Of a stretch of 64,000 nt of DNA, positions 8,982 through 18,039 are shown in pieces. The notes under the pieces were generated by a model. The model had not been told where the DNA came from. It searched no databases and saw only the letters and a list, made by a program, of their open reading frames with translations. Positions within the stretch are counted from its first letter, which is position 1; each line of letters starts with the position of its first letter. The stretch lies in the IMG/VR virus record IMGVR_UViG_3300046522_000316, positions 250,290 through 314,289 of that record. One strand, given 5' to 3'. Source of the DNA: a virus. Its lineage: Duplodnaviria; Caudoviricetes. Both the position numbers and the translations under genes were made by a program.

Positions 8982-9249
8982 CTTGCAGTTCCCGAATGTA
9001 GGCGTTCTTTTCCGTCAGCAGGTTCTGCAATTGCAAAGCGTGCTGGCGCTGGCGGGCGTAACGTTCTTTCCACACACGCACCATGCGCACATAGCGATTG
9101 TTCAGCGCGTCCCAAATAACGTCTTCGAGGAATTGTTCGGATTTGATCGCGTACTGCGTTAGGAATTTCAGCGAGATTTTGCGGCCTTTGTAAACGCGGC
9201 CAGTGGTCAGCGGTTTGTTGGCGTCCGGGTGGTTGTTGTAATCGGTCAT
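8938..9249 (-). CDS. hypothetical protein
   Basis: Tiled - strand ORF, ATGA overlap. Confidence 0.6.
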   Translation of the reverse strand: MTDYNNHPDANKPLTTGRVYKGRKISLKFLTQYAIKSEQFLEDVIWDALNNRYVRMVRVWKERYARQRQHALQLQNLLTEKNAYIRELQDEIETLKTPDFFAK

Positions 9250-10013
9250 ACTGTTCGACTCATGATATCGTGGAAAGCCACGTTGAGAAATTCGCGGTGT
9301 TCGTCCTGTTTGTGTTCTACCAGTTTCGGATAGTCCGCTTGGTACAGGACGTTTTTGCGAAATTCAGCGTAGGAATTTTCTTCGTCGGTTGGCTGCTCTG
9401 CCATGGCCCAATCAAACAGACGCAGAATGTCCGGCTGCATAGAATGCTCAGCCAGTTGCAATTTGCGGTACTGGTCGATATTCACACGCGGCAACAAATT
9501 ACTGCGACCGGTCGAATAATCCAACAGCTGCAAACCAACGAACAAATAACGGAATGTTTGGCGACGACGTTTCGCTTCGTCTTCGTGCTTCACGCTGCTC
9601 ATGCTGCCGACAGTAGACCGGAACATTTCACGCGGATCGAAACAGGCTTCGCTTACACGGCGGAAAGTGTCGCGGGTAAGCTCGTTGCCGAAATAAACGA
9701 ACGGCGAATAAACAGCTTCGTGCCCGACCAGCACAGACTTTTGCAACTTGCGCAGAAACTTCGCAACGCTGAAAACACGCACGTCGCATTCTTTGCCTTT
9801 GAACATGATTTTCTGCGTGAACGATTCACGCGGGTAGCGGTAGATATCGTATTGAACATCGTGCGCCACCACAGTGAAATCGTGGTCGGAATTTTCGGTG
9901 TCGGTGCCCCACGCTTTGCTGCCAGTTTCAGCAACAAAAACCAGACGCAAACCGAGGTCACGCAACGTACTTAAAAGTTCGAAGCGTTCATCAGAAGTTA
10001 ACATGCGTTCCAT
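9246..10013 (-). CDS. DNA polymerase beta-superfamily nucleotidyltransferase (RlaP/YcgL, T4 NrdC.11-like)
   Basis: VFVAETGSKAWGTDTENSDHDF matches the GS...SDxD NTase signature. Confidence 0.8.
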   Translation of the reverse strand: MERMLTSDERFELLSTLRDLGLRLVFVAETGSKAWGTDTENSDHDFTVVAHDVQYDIYRYPRESFTQKIMFKGKECDVRVFSVAKFLRKLQKSVLVGHEAVYSPFVYFGNELTRDTFRRVSEACFDPREMFRSTVGSMSSVKHEDEAKRRRQTFRYLFVGLQLLDYSTGRSNLLPRVNIDQYRKLQLAEHSMQPDILRLFDWAMAEQPTDEENSYAEFRKNVLYQADYPKLVEHKQDEHREFLNVAFHDIMSRTV

Positions 10014-10520
10014 TTAATCCTCTTTCGGCTTCGCGGCGGTCAGCGTGAGTTTCGGATACGCCTCATGCAAAGCGATGTATGCCGTTTCGTGTTGCTCTTT
10101 GTTGACGCGGGCACCAAAGCGATTTTTGATGCTGGTCAGATTCCCGGCGTCGTCTTTGATGAAAATGGATTCAGCCGGTTCCTGATAAGCTTTCGGCAAA
10201 TTGTCGCAAATCACTTTCAGGCATACCCAACCGTTTACCTTGAATGCACTTTTCGCCAGATGCGCGATGTACTGGTCGATTTGTGCCTGCGTGATAATTA
10301 CAGCCGGTGCAGATTTCGCAGCCTGCTCCGCAATCACTTTCAGACAGGCCGGAACCGGATACAGCAGAACAAAAGTATTCATCACAATTACCTCTTCAAA
10401 CTTTCGATATGGTTCATCGACGACGACCCAGCCGAACCACCGTTTGGAAATGGTGGCCGTGCCTCCCGCCGCGTTGTTACGTTGCATTTCACGCACGGCA
10501 CTACTGTAGGAGAAAAACAT
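10014..10520 (-). CDS. hypothetical protein
   Basis: Tiled - strand ORF; start may be internal. Confidence 0.5.
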   Translation of the reverse strand: MFFSYSSAVREMQRNNAAGGTATISKRWFGWVVVDEPYRKFEEVIVMNTFVLLYPVPACLKVIAEQAAKSAPAVIITQAQIDQYIAHLAKSAFKVNGWVCLKVICDNLPKAYQEPAESIFIKDDAGNLTSIKNRFGARVNKEQHETAYIALHEAYPKLTLTAAKPKED

Positions 10521-11333
10521 TTATTCACCGTCGAGGTTGAAGAACTCCAACATCTGCTCCAAAGAACCGTGGAATTTCTGTTTCTCTCCACCGCCCAGCA
10601 GAACGTAGTAGGCCATCATCTGATCGTGCGGTTCGCCCATCGGCCACAGGTCGATCACACCGTGAATATTTACAGCTTTTGCCACACCGTCAACGTTGAT
10701 CACCGCGCACTGAACTTTTGCCAGTTTGCGAAGCATCGGATGGTCTTTATGGATGCCGAAAAGATTGCTGGCGCTGAACGAATAAACGCTGTCGTAATCG
10801 CCGTAGTATTTCGAGGAAGAATCCACAACGAACAGATGCGCCACACGACCATCAGCGTTGAGGGTAGGCCCGCGATAACGCAGCAGCATTCCCTCTTCGA
10901 AATCCGCCGATTCACCAGTCGCCAAATCGAAGCCAACAATTTCGTGACCAACGATGCACAATTGATTATGTGCTTTGGAAACCATCTGGCCGCAACTGTG
11001 CGAAAAGTTTTGTAGCACGTTGCGAATCATTTCCGCGTCGTCAGTTGGCACCGATTCGAAATTCAGCATCGACGCCATCAGCACCAGTTCATCGGCCTGA
11101 CCACGGGTGTGAATGTTGAGCGATTCAGAGTGGCCCCAGCATTTCACCGGAACGCCAGAAGAACAGAAACCGGCACCTACCACTGTCACGTCATCAAAGA
11201 CAGTTTCGAACGTCATGGAAATGCAGGTCTGCATATGTTCCGCAACGTCCGCGTGGGTCAGATGCTCATGGTGCATCAAACCGATTTCGAATTGCATGTC
11301 ACCTTTCGTGACTTGAAAGATTTCATATTTCAT
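10521..11333 (-). CDS. two-domain hypothetical protein
   Basis: Start reassigned to MKYEIF (AAGGA SD); N-domain has H...GAGF...CWGHSESL motif. Confidence 0.65.
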   Translation of the reverse strand: MKYEIFQVTKGDMQFEIGLMHHEHLTHADVAEHMQTCISMTFETVFDDVTVVGAGFCSSGVPVKCWGHSESLNIHTRGQADELVLMASMLNFESVPTDDAEMIRNVLQNFSHSCGQMVSKAHNQLCIVGHEIVGFDLATGESADFEEGMLLRYRGPTLNADGRVAHLFVVDSSSKYYGDYDSVYSFSASNLFGIHKDHPMLRKLAKVQCAVINVDGVAKAVNIHGVIDLWPMGEPHDQMMAYYVLLGGGEKQKFHGSLEQMLEFFNLDGE

Positions 11334-11575
11334 TTTCCTTTTCTCCGGAAAACCCAGTCGCCTACGCGCCGGTTGTAAAGGGGCAAGGCGCTGACAAGCA
11401 CCCATAGCATTTGCCAAAACATCAGGTACGAAAGCATGCCGTCTTTGCCTAACGTACCGGCCCGCCAATCACAGATAAGCCAGTACGTGCCGACCGCCCC
11501 ATAGATTGCTGCCAGCACGATCAACCACCACGCTTTACGCGGAATGCTTTTGAGATAATTCAGCAGACGTTTCAT
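11330..11575 (-). CDS. membrane protein
   Basis: Start reassigned to MKRLL; two hydrophobic helices. Confidence 0.6.
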   Translation of the reverse strand: MKRLLNYLKSIPRKAWWLIVLAAIYGAVGTYWLICDWRAGTLGKDGMLSYLMFWQMLWVLVSALPLYNRRVGDWVFRRKGK

Positions 11576-11784
11576 AGTCTTTGAATCCAGTCGAAAACTT
11601 CGGAACCCCAACCGGCGTAAATCATGCACACGCATGTTGTGAAAACCGACATTGCGAAAATGTTCCCGTGTGGGATCGCACGACGGGGAAGCCACATAGA
11701 CCAGATGATCAGATAGTTCAACGCAAACGGAAGAACAAAAGTCCAAAGCAGGGTGTACAGTTGAATCAGAAAATTCGGATTCAT
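11572..11784 (-). CDS. membrane protein
   Basis: Two hydrophobic segments; coupled. Confidence 0.55.
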   Translation of the reverse strand: MNPNFLIQLYTLLWTFVLPFALNYLIIWSMWLPRRAIPHGNIFAMSVFTTCVCMIYAGWGSEVFDWIQRL

Positions 11785-12515
11785 TACCCAACCACCTTAA
11801 CTGCCGCCAGATCAAACCGCACAGCAGTCGCATATTGTGGCAAGTCTTCTGCAACCTGCACCACACAAATACGCGACTCCTTGAAAGAGTGGCGCCAGCC
11901 GTCTTGGCTGATCATCAGTCCTACCTGACCTTCCAGTTTGCCCAACAATTTGATGGCGAGAAATTCGCACGGATTAACTACGTTCACAAATCGAATTTGG
12001 GACGGGGCCTGCTCCAACTGAATCACGTAGGCCTGAAAGAATTTGAAACCGTATTTGAAAATCATACGGTCTTTGATGTAATCGGGGAACAATTCAGCCC
12101 AGCGCTGGTGCAGTTCTGATTCGACTTTGCCGCCGAGGTCTTTAACTTTTTCTTGTGCTGCTTCGAAGTCTTTTACGAAGCCAACCACCAAGTTACCAGA
12201 ACGGCCCGGATCGAGGGATTCTTCCAGCGAATGGCGCAACGCCGTTTCGAAATTCTCGCGCATGATTTTCTGAACCATGTCAGCACCGGCTGGCGTGTAG
12301 AAATCGTGTTCGATATCGCCGCCGTGAATGTACTGCGTAGCCATGTGAACGTTTTCGTTACCGTCAATATCTGTACCGAAAAAACGAACAACACCGAAGT
12401 CGCCTTCCTCGCCATCGACGTAAACATAATCGTCGTTGTTTGTGGTCAGGGTATCGGCCCATTTTGCAACAGCTTCATCCAGCGCGCTACCGTAATGCAA
12501 ACGAACATTTGACAT
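11784..12515 (-). CDS. hypothetical protein
   Basis: AAGGA SD; tiled ORF. Confidence 0.65.
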   Translation of the reverse strand: MSNVRLHYGSALDEAVAKWADTLTTNNDDYVYVDGEEGDFGVVRFFGTDIDGNENVHMATQYIHGGDIEHDFYTPAGADMVQKIMRENFETALRHSLEESLDPGRSGNLVVGFVKDFEAAQEKVKDLGGKVESELHQRWAELFPDYIKDRMIFKYGFKFFQAYVIQLEQAPSQIRFVNVVNPCEFLAIKLLGKLEGQVGLMISQDGWRHSFKESRICVVQVAEDLPQYATAVRFDLAAVKVVG

Positions 12516-12525
12516 GGTTTGTTCC

Positions 12526-12876
12526 TTAGTGCCAAGTGGACACGGCGAAGTATTGGAGTTTGTCGCGCAGCTGTTTCAAATCTGCGTCACTCAGGCCGCG
12601 TTTCTCGGCATGTTGCAGAAGTTCTTCTTTGACGGTTTCGACCAGTTTCACACGGGCCTGAAATTCGGGGTTTTGTTTGCATTCGGTGACTAGACCGACC
12701 TGCGAAAAATTGGTGCAGTATTCGTACTTCGCACCGCACGCGAAAGCAATCGACTCGCGCCACTCACCGCTGCAATGCTGATCGAACTTGCGGTATTCTT
12801 TTACTTCTTTATTTCCGCAGGTTGGGCAGCAGGAAACTTCGGAGATTTTCCGGATACCTATGTTGTACTTAGTCAT
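12526..12876 (-). CDS. Zn-ribbon-like hypothetical protein
   Basis: CCPTCG, HC, FACG motifs. Confidence 0.65.
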   Translation of the reverse strand: MTKYNIGIRKISEVSCCPTCGNKEVKEYRKFDQHCSGEWRESIAFACGAKYEYCTNFSQVGLVTECKQNPEFQARVKLVETVKEELLQHAEKRGLSDADLKQLRDKLQYFAVSTWH

Positions 12877-13139
12877 GTGCTTTTCCTTGTACCTTTACGA
12901 AGTGGTTTCCGTTCCGGTTCCCACCGCTCTGTGATTTGTTCGCAGCACCGGGCAATTTGGCCATCGGTGACGCCGGGGTTTTGCTCGCGCAGTTCCGTCC
13001 TGATAAATTTACCGGACGATTTAGGATACTGCCGCGTGAGGTTCACGATGCCTCGAATGATATCGAAATCATCGTACAAATATTCTGGCTGGAAATCTTC
13101 TTGAACAACCTTTGGTTTTTTCATCTTACACTTCCTCAA
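12873..13139 (-). CDS. hypothetical protein
   Basis: Tiled ORF, GAGGAAG SD. Confidence 0.6.
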   Translation of the reverse strand: MRKCKMKKPKVVQEDFQPEYLYDDFDIIRGIVNLTRQYPKSSGKFIRTELREQNPGVTDGQIARCCEQITERWEPERKPLRKGTRKST

Positions 13140-13164
13140 AAGGGGAATCCCGAAGGACTCCCCC
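13138..13164 (-). terminator. intrinsic terminator closing the LemA-like operon
   Basis: GGGGAGTCC-TTCG-GGATTCCCC-TTTT on - strand (UUCG tetraloop). Confidence 0.75.
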
Positions 13165-13171
13165 GACCAGA

Positions 13172-13777
13172 TTATTGCGCTGGCTTTTTGCTCATGTCGT
13201 ACAGGCCTTGGTCTTTGCCGGTTTCGAACGAAGTTGCGGTACGCTCGTTCATCAGCGGCGCGTATTTGTCCGGGCCATCACCGCAACCGATTTCCAGTTC
13301 AGCACTGCCCATGATCGCGATCACTTGTTTGTTCGGGAACGTGCGGCGATACATACACGCTGCCGTTTTGCGATCCGTCATCAACTTTTCTTCGTGCGTG
13401 AATTTGTCACGACCTTGGTCGATCAGATTCACGATTTTCTCGGCCAGCGCTTGCGAAGCCGGGATATTGTTTTCACGCAGGAAAAGCACAGTCGCTTTCA
13501 TACCTTCGGCACCGGAACGCAACTTGATTTGTTCGTTCACGGTTTTACGAATGTCTTCGACGTTCATGTCTTTGACGCCGATGGCTTCTTGCACCTTCTG
13601 GCTCAGGTTCGACAGAACGGCCTGACGCGATTTGTTCGCGCCGACGATCCCGGCTTCCTGACGCACGACCGTGTTATTGATGCTGACTACCCAAAGCACC
13701 AGTGCAATAACGAGGCCGATGGCGACCATAGCGCCGACCGAGATAAAACCGCCTTGTTTCGATTTCATTATTTCCAT
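13172..13777 (-). CDS. LemA-like membrane-anchored helical protein with prepilin-like N-terminus
   Basis: Single N-terminal TM, then SINNTVVRQEAGI...LSN..Q; R..F...Q/E..L.D.K...Y...FP pattern of LemA-like proteins; N-terminus MKSKQGGFISV. Confidence 0.6.
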   Translation of the reverse strand: MEIMKSKQGGFISVGAMVAIGLVIALVLWVVSINNTVVRQEAGIVGANKSRQAVLSNLSQKVQEAIGVKDMNVEDIRKTVNEQIKLRSGAEGMKATVLFLRENNIPASQALAEKIVNLIDQGRDKFTHEEKLMTDRKTAACMYRRTFPNKQVIAIMGSAELEIGCGDGPDKYAPLMNERTATSFETGKDQGLYDMSKKPAQ

Positions 13778-13783
13778 TTTCCT

Positions 13784-13888
13784 TTAGTGGGTACAGCTTT
13801 TGAGTGCGAACAACGCAACGCCGATAATCGCCGCAACGATCAGCAGTTCGATCAGCGTGAAGCCTTTAGATTTCTTTGGAGATTTCAT
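13784..13888 (-). CDS. 34-aa type IV prepilin-like micro-peptide
   Basis: Below ORF-track cutoff; hand-translated MKSPKKSKGFTLIELLIVAAIIGVALFALKSCTH*; complete class III signal (basic leader, G|F, E+5); GGA upstream; fits the 122-nt gap between two genes. Confidence 0.8.
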   Translation of the reverse strand: MKSPKKSKGFTLIELLIVAAIIGVALFALKSCTH

Positions 13889-13899
13889 AACGGTTCCAG

Positions 13900-14970
13900 T
13901 TAGATAAAACCGAACTTCCGATGGCGCCGACCGTAGGCGTTACGTCTGTCCAGTATATAGTTTACAGTTAATGACGGGATCACCAGAATTGCCAGCAGCG
14001 ACAACGCAACCAACCAGTATGGCGGATCGTATTCGTCTTTCAGGAAGTCGTAACGTCCGAGGTCTTCGCGTTGGAAATACTGAAACGCACTATCCAGCGA
14101 TTCGATATATTTCGCCGTGTCGTAACGATCCAGTTTCACCGCGTTGACATGCATCAGGTTGGAAAAGTTGTAGCCTTGCGGATCGGTCAAGTTATCAGCC
14201 GACCGGGTAAACGAATTCGCGTTGATAACCCGGCCTTCTTTATCCAGCCGCATGACCACCACAGCATCGTTTTTCTTGCCGCCTTTCCACTTGCTTTTCA
14301 GCGCGTAATAAAAACCTTTGAAGTCGGTTTCTTCACGCAGTGCAATGACCATCACGTTAACGCCGTGCATCGGCCCCCAGCGCTTTTGTGCCACGTTCAA
14401 CTGGCGCGACAATTCGCGTTGGTCAACTTGCGGCGTGTTGGAGAATCCACGCTGCACTTTGAAGCCTGCGTAAACGTGCGGATATTCCGGCAACCAACCT
14501 TTGTACTCTTCAGCGGCTTCGCGGTCGATCATCACCGTTTGTTCGCTCACGTTCTGGAAATTCAGAAAGCGTTTGCTGGCGGTGTACGGATCGCCTATTT
14601 TCGTGTTGGTGTAAATCTCCGGCGCACGAATGGATTGGTGCGTGTATTCGCTGAATTTGTCACCGTCGATATCCGACACAACATCCCAGCGCCAGCGTGG
14701 AATTTCGCGGGTGCAGGTTTTCGTGTTGCCTTGGGAATCTTTTCCGCAATCGTAGCTTTCAGTTTCTGGATCATAAACACGTTTTTTCTCCGCGACAGAA
14801 CCGCTCAACAATTGCAGGTCGGAAGCCTGCCAATACATCGGCCCGTAGTAAACTGCACACGACACGATCACACCGACAAGAAAGCACAGGCCAGATGCCG
14901 CCCAATCGTGTTCCCTGTGTTGCCAATAGGCCGCAACCAAAAGGGCTGCGAAGAGATACGCAAAAATCAT
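13900..14970 (-). CDS. multi-pass membrane protein with periplasmic TPM-like domain
   Basis: Two N-terminal TMs and one C-terminal TM; YALKSKWKGGKKNDAVVVM resembles the TPM W..G...N motif. Confidence 0.6.
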   Translation of the reverse strand: MIFAYLFAALLVAAYWQHREHDWAASGLCFLVGVIVSCAVYYGPMYWQASDLQLLSGSVAEKKRVYDPETESYDCGKDSQGNTKTCTREIPRWRWDVVSDIDGDKFSEYTHQSIRAPEIYTNTKIGDPYTASKRFLNFQNVSEQTVMIDREAAEEYKGWLPEYPHVYAGFKVQRGFSNTPQVDQRELSRQLNVAQKRWGPMHGVNVMVIALREETDFKGFYYALKSKWKGGKKNDAVVVMRLDKEGRVINANSFTRSADNLTDPQGYNFSNLMHVNAVKLDRYDTAKYIESLDSAFQYFQREDLGRYDFLKDEYDPPYWLVALSLLAILVIPSLTVNYILDRRNAYGRRHRKFGFI

Positions 14971-15245
14971 TGGTAAATCTCCAAATTCCTTTTGACTTCA
15001 GGCCACGCCATGATGCCCTTGGAAATATCCTGATCATCGACAGGAACCAGATTGTATTTAAACCCGCCTGCCGCATCGCCGTAGCCGCAAATCAGATTGT
15101 CCGCGTAGTCGTGCGACCAGTACGGGGCAAACCCGGCGTCGTAGAGCGCGTAAGCAATGCAGATTTCGTCCTCGAAAGTGACCAGACGTTTTTCGCCGTT
15201 GGGCATACGGTTCGGATCGAACGGCATGTATTTATCCATTTGCAT
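14967..15245 (-). CDS. hypothetical protein
   Basis: Start reassigned to MQMDKY. Confidence 0.55.
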   Translation of the reverse strand: MQMDKYMPFDPNRMPNGEKRLVTFEDEICIAYALYDAGFAPYWSHDYADNLICGYGDAAGGFKYNLVPVDDQDISKGIMAWPEVKRNLEIYQ

Positions 15246-15780
15246 TCGGCGCCCCCGTGTAACGGAAGTTTTCGTTAATCCAGCGCATCGTTTTGTAAAT
15301 ATCTTTGCGCCCAAGAAACTCGATGTAAAACCATTTGCCTTGCGGATCGTGCGCACCACCCTGAAAGAACGGCGACGACAAACGACGGATTTGATAACCC
15401 GGCGAATCCATGTAGAGCGAAAGCAAATCGCCCATTAGGAAATCGTGCAGTTCTGCCGGTGCGTGGTGGTCACGAACTTCGAAACCGATATCGTAACGCT
15501 GACACATGGTCGGGAAGAAACGCGGCACACCTTCGATCAGGCGTTGGCTCATGAGGTAGTTGGTTCGCATGTGAGCATGAAAACCAATCACCGGCAGATT
15601 GTCATCGACGATTTTGTACGTGCCGATAACACGATCCAAATCATGATCGAAAATTTCGCCGTTATCCTGATAGGAAAGCACGTCAGTGAAATGCTCTCCG
15701 AATCCGAGGCCGCGCAGCAAAGAAGTACAGCGGTCGCGCAGCGTTTCGCCCACGATAAATTCGCTCGCATCAAACGTCAT
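15232..15780 (-). CDS. hypothetical protein
   Basis: Start reassigned to MTFDAS (GGAGG SD). Confidence 0.6.
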   Translation of the reverse strand: MTFDASEFIVGETLRDRCTSLLRGLGFGEHFTDVLSYQDNGEIFDHDLDRVIGTYKIVDDNLPVIGFHAHMRTNYLMSQRLIEGVPRFFPTMCQRYDIGFEVRDHHAPAELHDFLMGDLLSLYMDSPGYQIRRLSSPFFQGGAHDPQGKWFYIEFLGRKDIYKTMRWINENFRYTGAPNANG

Positions 15781-15985
15781 GACGGTACGCCTCCGGCAAA
15801 TCATCCCACGCGATTACATCGACCGGTTGCCAGTAGCCGAAAACGTCTTCGACCCAGTTCCCACCATCGACACAAACGCCTTTGTTAAATCGCACAATTT
15901 CTGCGATCTTTTTACCGCGAACGGTTGCGATGTAATCCCCGGTTTTACTCGGGGAATACTCAGTCTTCCAATTGGCGACCGACAT
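15770..15985 (-). CDS. small phage protein (DUF551-like)
   Basis: W....P...G.Y....V.AW..LP pattern. Confidence 0.55.
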   Translation of the reverse strand: MSVANWKTEYSPSKTGDYIATVRGKKIAEIVRFNKGVCVDGGNWVEDVFGYWQPVDVIAWDDLPEAYRHDV

Positions 15986-16227
15986 TAGTTATGCTCCACG
16001 TCACCGGCCCAGCCATACACGCGGAAGCACTCGGTCATGAATTTGTTGTAATACCAGTTGTAGCCGTCTTCACTCAGACGTTCACGCACTGCACGCGGCA
16101 GTTCTTCGTCGGTGAAATCCACGTAGGCTTCTTTATCCTCAACTGCGGCCTTCGTGATCTTTTCGATAGCCGCGTCGTACTCCGGCATTTCTTCACGGAT
16201 TTTATCTTTCAAATCTTGCAGGTTCAT
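15985..16227 (-). CDS. hypothetical protein
   Basis: Coupled tiled ORF. Confidence 0.6.
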   Translation of the reverse strand: MNLQDLKDKIREEMPEYDAAIEKITKAAVEDKEAYVDFTDEELPRAVRERLSEDGYNWYYNKFMTECFRVYGWAGDVEHN

Positions 16228-17033
16228 ACGTCACCCATTTTCTCGAAGCGCGTCTGCATCGGTTCGAAAACGATACCTTGCTGGCGCAGGCTTTCTTCAA
16301 CTTCGTCCAGCATTTTGCGCCGGGTTGCAATTTCGTGTGTGGTGTATTCGTCACCAGTCTGATAACTGCGCGGAAGTTTCACTTTATATTCTGGTTCGTC
16401 GCGGGCCGTAACCATCGCTTTGTAAATGGCTTCGACAGCATTTTTGCCGTGAGCTTCTGCGTTTTCTTCGCCTTCCTCACGCTTACCGTCGAAATTTACT
16501 TCCGGCTCGGTATCGAAGAAACGACCCAGTGCCGTCATACCGGCTTTGATCATTTTTTCCGTGGTCTGGTATTTGAACGGCACAGCGTATTCACGTTCAA
16601 CCATTCCGGCAGTCAGATCGGTCAGCTGCGACAGTTGCGTTTGCAGTTCGTAAAACTTTTCCTGCACACCGTCAGCCGTGCGGGTAATCAGAGCCTTTGC
16701 CGCTACCTGAACAGCCTTTTCGAAATCGTCAAAATGGGCAGCACTCAGTTTCTGCGTTGCCAAACGATTCGCGAAATACGACATGATTTTGTTGAAGCTT
16801 TCGTAAACCACACGTTCGCTGTTCAGGAAGATCGAAACTTTCATGCGTTCCGAATCCCACAGCGGATCGTCAACTACTCGCGACAGGGTTTCACGTGGTA
16901 CAGCATCCAGCAGCACGAAGTTAAACCAGCTACCTTTACCGCCCTCGTCGTTCTCGCCTTTCATGAAACTAACGATTTCGAATTCACCGGCCTCGAAAGC
17001 TTTGTCGATTGGCGATTGATTTTTCTCAGCCAT
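16224..17033 (-). CDS. hypothetical protein
   Basis: Coupled tiled ORF. Confidence 0.65.
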   Translation of the reverse strand: MAEKNQSPIDKAFEAGEFEIVSFMKGENDEGGKGSWFNFVLLDAVPRETLSRVVDDPLWDSERMKVSIFLNSERVVYESFNKIMSYFANRLATQKLSAAHFDDFEKAVQVAAKALITRTADGVQEKFYELQTQLSQLTDLTAGMVEREYAVPFKYQTTEKMIKAGMTALGRFFDTEPEVNFDGKREEGEENAEAHGKNAVEAIYKAMVTARDEPEYKVKLPRSYQTGDEYTTHEIATRRKMLDEVEESLRQQGIVFEPMQTRFEKMGDV

Positions 17034-17551
17034 TATTTTTCTGCCTTGTAATGCCGATGTTCGGAACGGCCACCGTGGTCAACGATACCGATTCGGAAAT
17101 TGCTGTATTCGATTTCCGTGAGAATCACGCGGGCATGTGCCGCTGCCTGTTCCGCGTCGTCACACAAACCTTTTCGAACCACGCTGTCATGGCCCCACGT
17201 CCGGCACATATTGCCGATGTATGCGCGCAGCATTCCGTTGAATTCGTCGATTGCCGTTGCGCGTTCGTTTTCGTCCGCTGGCAACACGATTTCCATCTTG
17301 GCGAATTTCAGACGCGGGCTAAAATCTTTGCACGCTTGCCAGCCGTTCCACTGCATAGCGGTATCAGGATCATCCCCGCCCATGGGGTTCAGCTTTTCGG
17401 GAGGAAGCAAGCTTTCAAATTCTGCGCGGGATTTTTGCAGAAGTTTTCCACGATAACGGGCGCAAGTTGCAGCCCATTCATCAGCAGCTTTTTTCTGTGC
17501 CGCTTGGTACTCTTCGGGAGTGCCCAAAATATCTTCGAGGCTGCTTTTCAT
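17033..17551 (-). CDS. hypothetical protein
   Basis: Coupled tiled ORF. Confidence 0.6.
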   Translation of the reverse strand: MKSSLEDILGTPEEYQAAQKKAADEWAATCARYRGKLLQKSRAEFESLLPPEKLNPMGGDDPDTAMQWNGWQACKDFSPRLKFAKMEIVLPADENERATAIDEFNGMLRAYIGNMCRTWGHDSVVRKGLCDDAEQAAAHARVILTEIEYSNFRIGIVDHGGRSEHRHYKAEK

Positions 17552-17766
17552 GTTCTACGCCTTCTTGTCCAGCGGGAAAATTTACAGGTAAGAAAACAGA
17601 TCACGATCAAGACAATCAGGAACCCGACAAACGAAATAACCGGGCTATCGAAAAATACAATCTTGAAGCGACCGCTATACCAATCAATTACTGGCATGAG
17701 GCACGTTCCAAAACTTAACGTAATGGAATCGCCGTGCCTTGCCCAAAGCCAACGCAGAAAGTTCAC
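17548..17766 (-). CDS. small membrane protein
   Basis: TM VISFVGFLIVLIVICFL. Confidence 0.6.
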   Translation of the reverse strand: MNFLRWLWARHGDSITLSFGTCLMPVIDWYSGRFKIVFFDSPVISFVGFLIVLIVICFLTCKFSRWTRRRRT

Positions 17767-18038
17767 TTGAACATTTTCTCTGCCGGAACGTTGTAAGTTT
17801 CCTGCGCCATCACCGAATAAAACAGGCGGGCCAGATCGGTATGCGCTACCGGCGTTTTGTTCATCATGCGGCTGCGAATTGCGCTCGCCATTTCAGGACT
17901 GACAAAACCGTTTTCGTCGAACAGCTTTGGCGCCACCATTGGCGTTTCGTTCACGCGCACGTTGTTCTGTTTCAACTGGCCGTTCGACAGGAACAGAGTG
18001 GACAGCGTTTTGGCAGCTTGCAGATTTTTGTCGTTCAT
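17763..18038 (-). CDS. hypothetical protein
   Basis: GGAG SD; coupled. Confidence 0.6.
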   Translation of the reverse strand: MNDKNLQAAKTLSTLFLSNGQLKQNNVRVNETPMVAPKLFDENGFVSPEMASAIRSRMMNKTPVAHTDLARLFYSVMAQETYNVPAEKMFK

Positions 18039-18039
18039 T

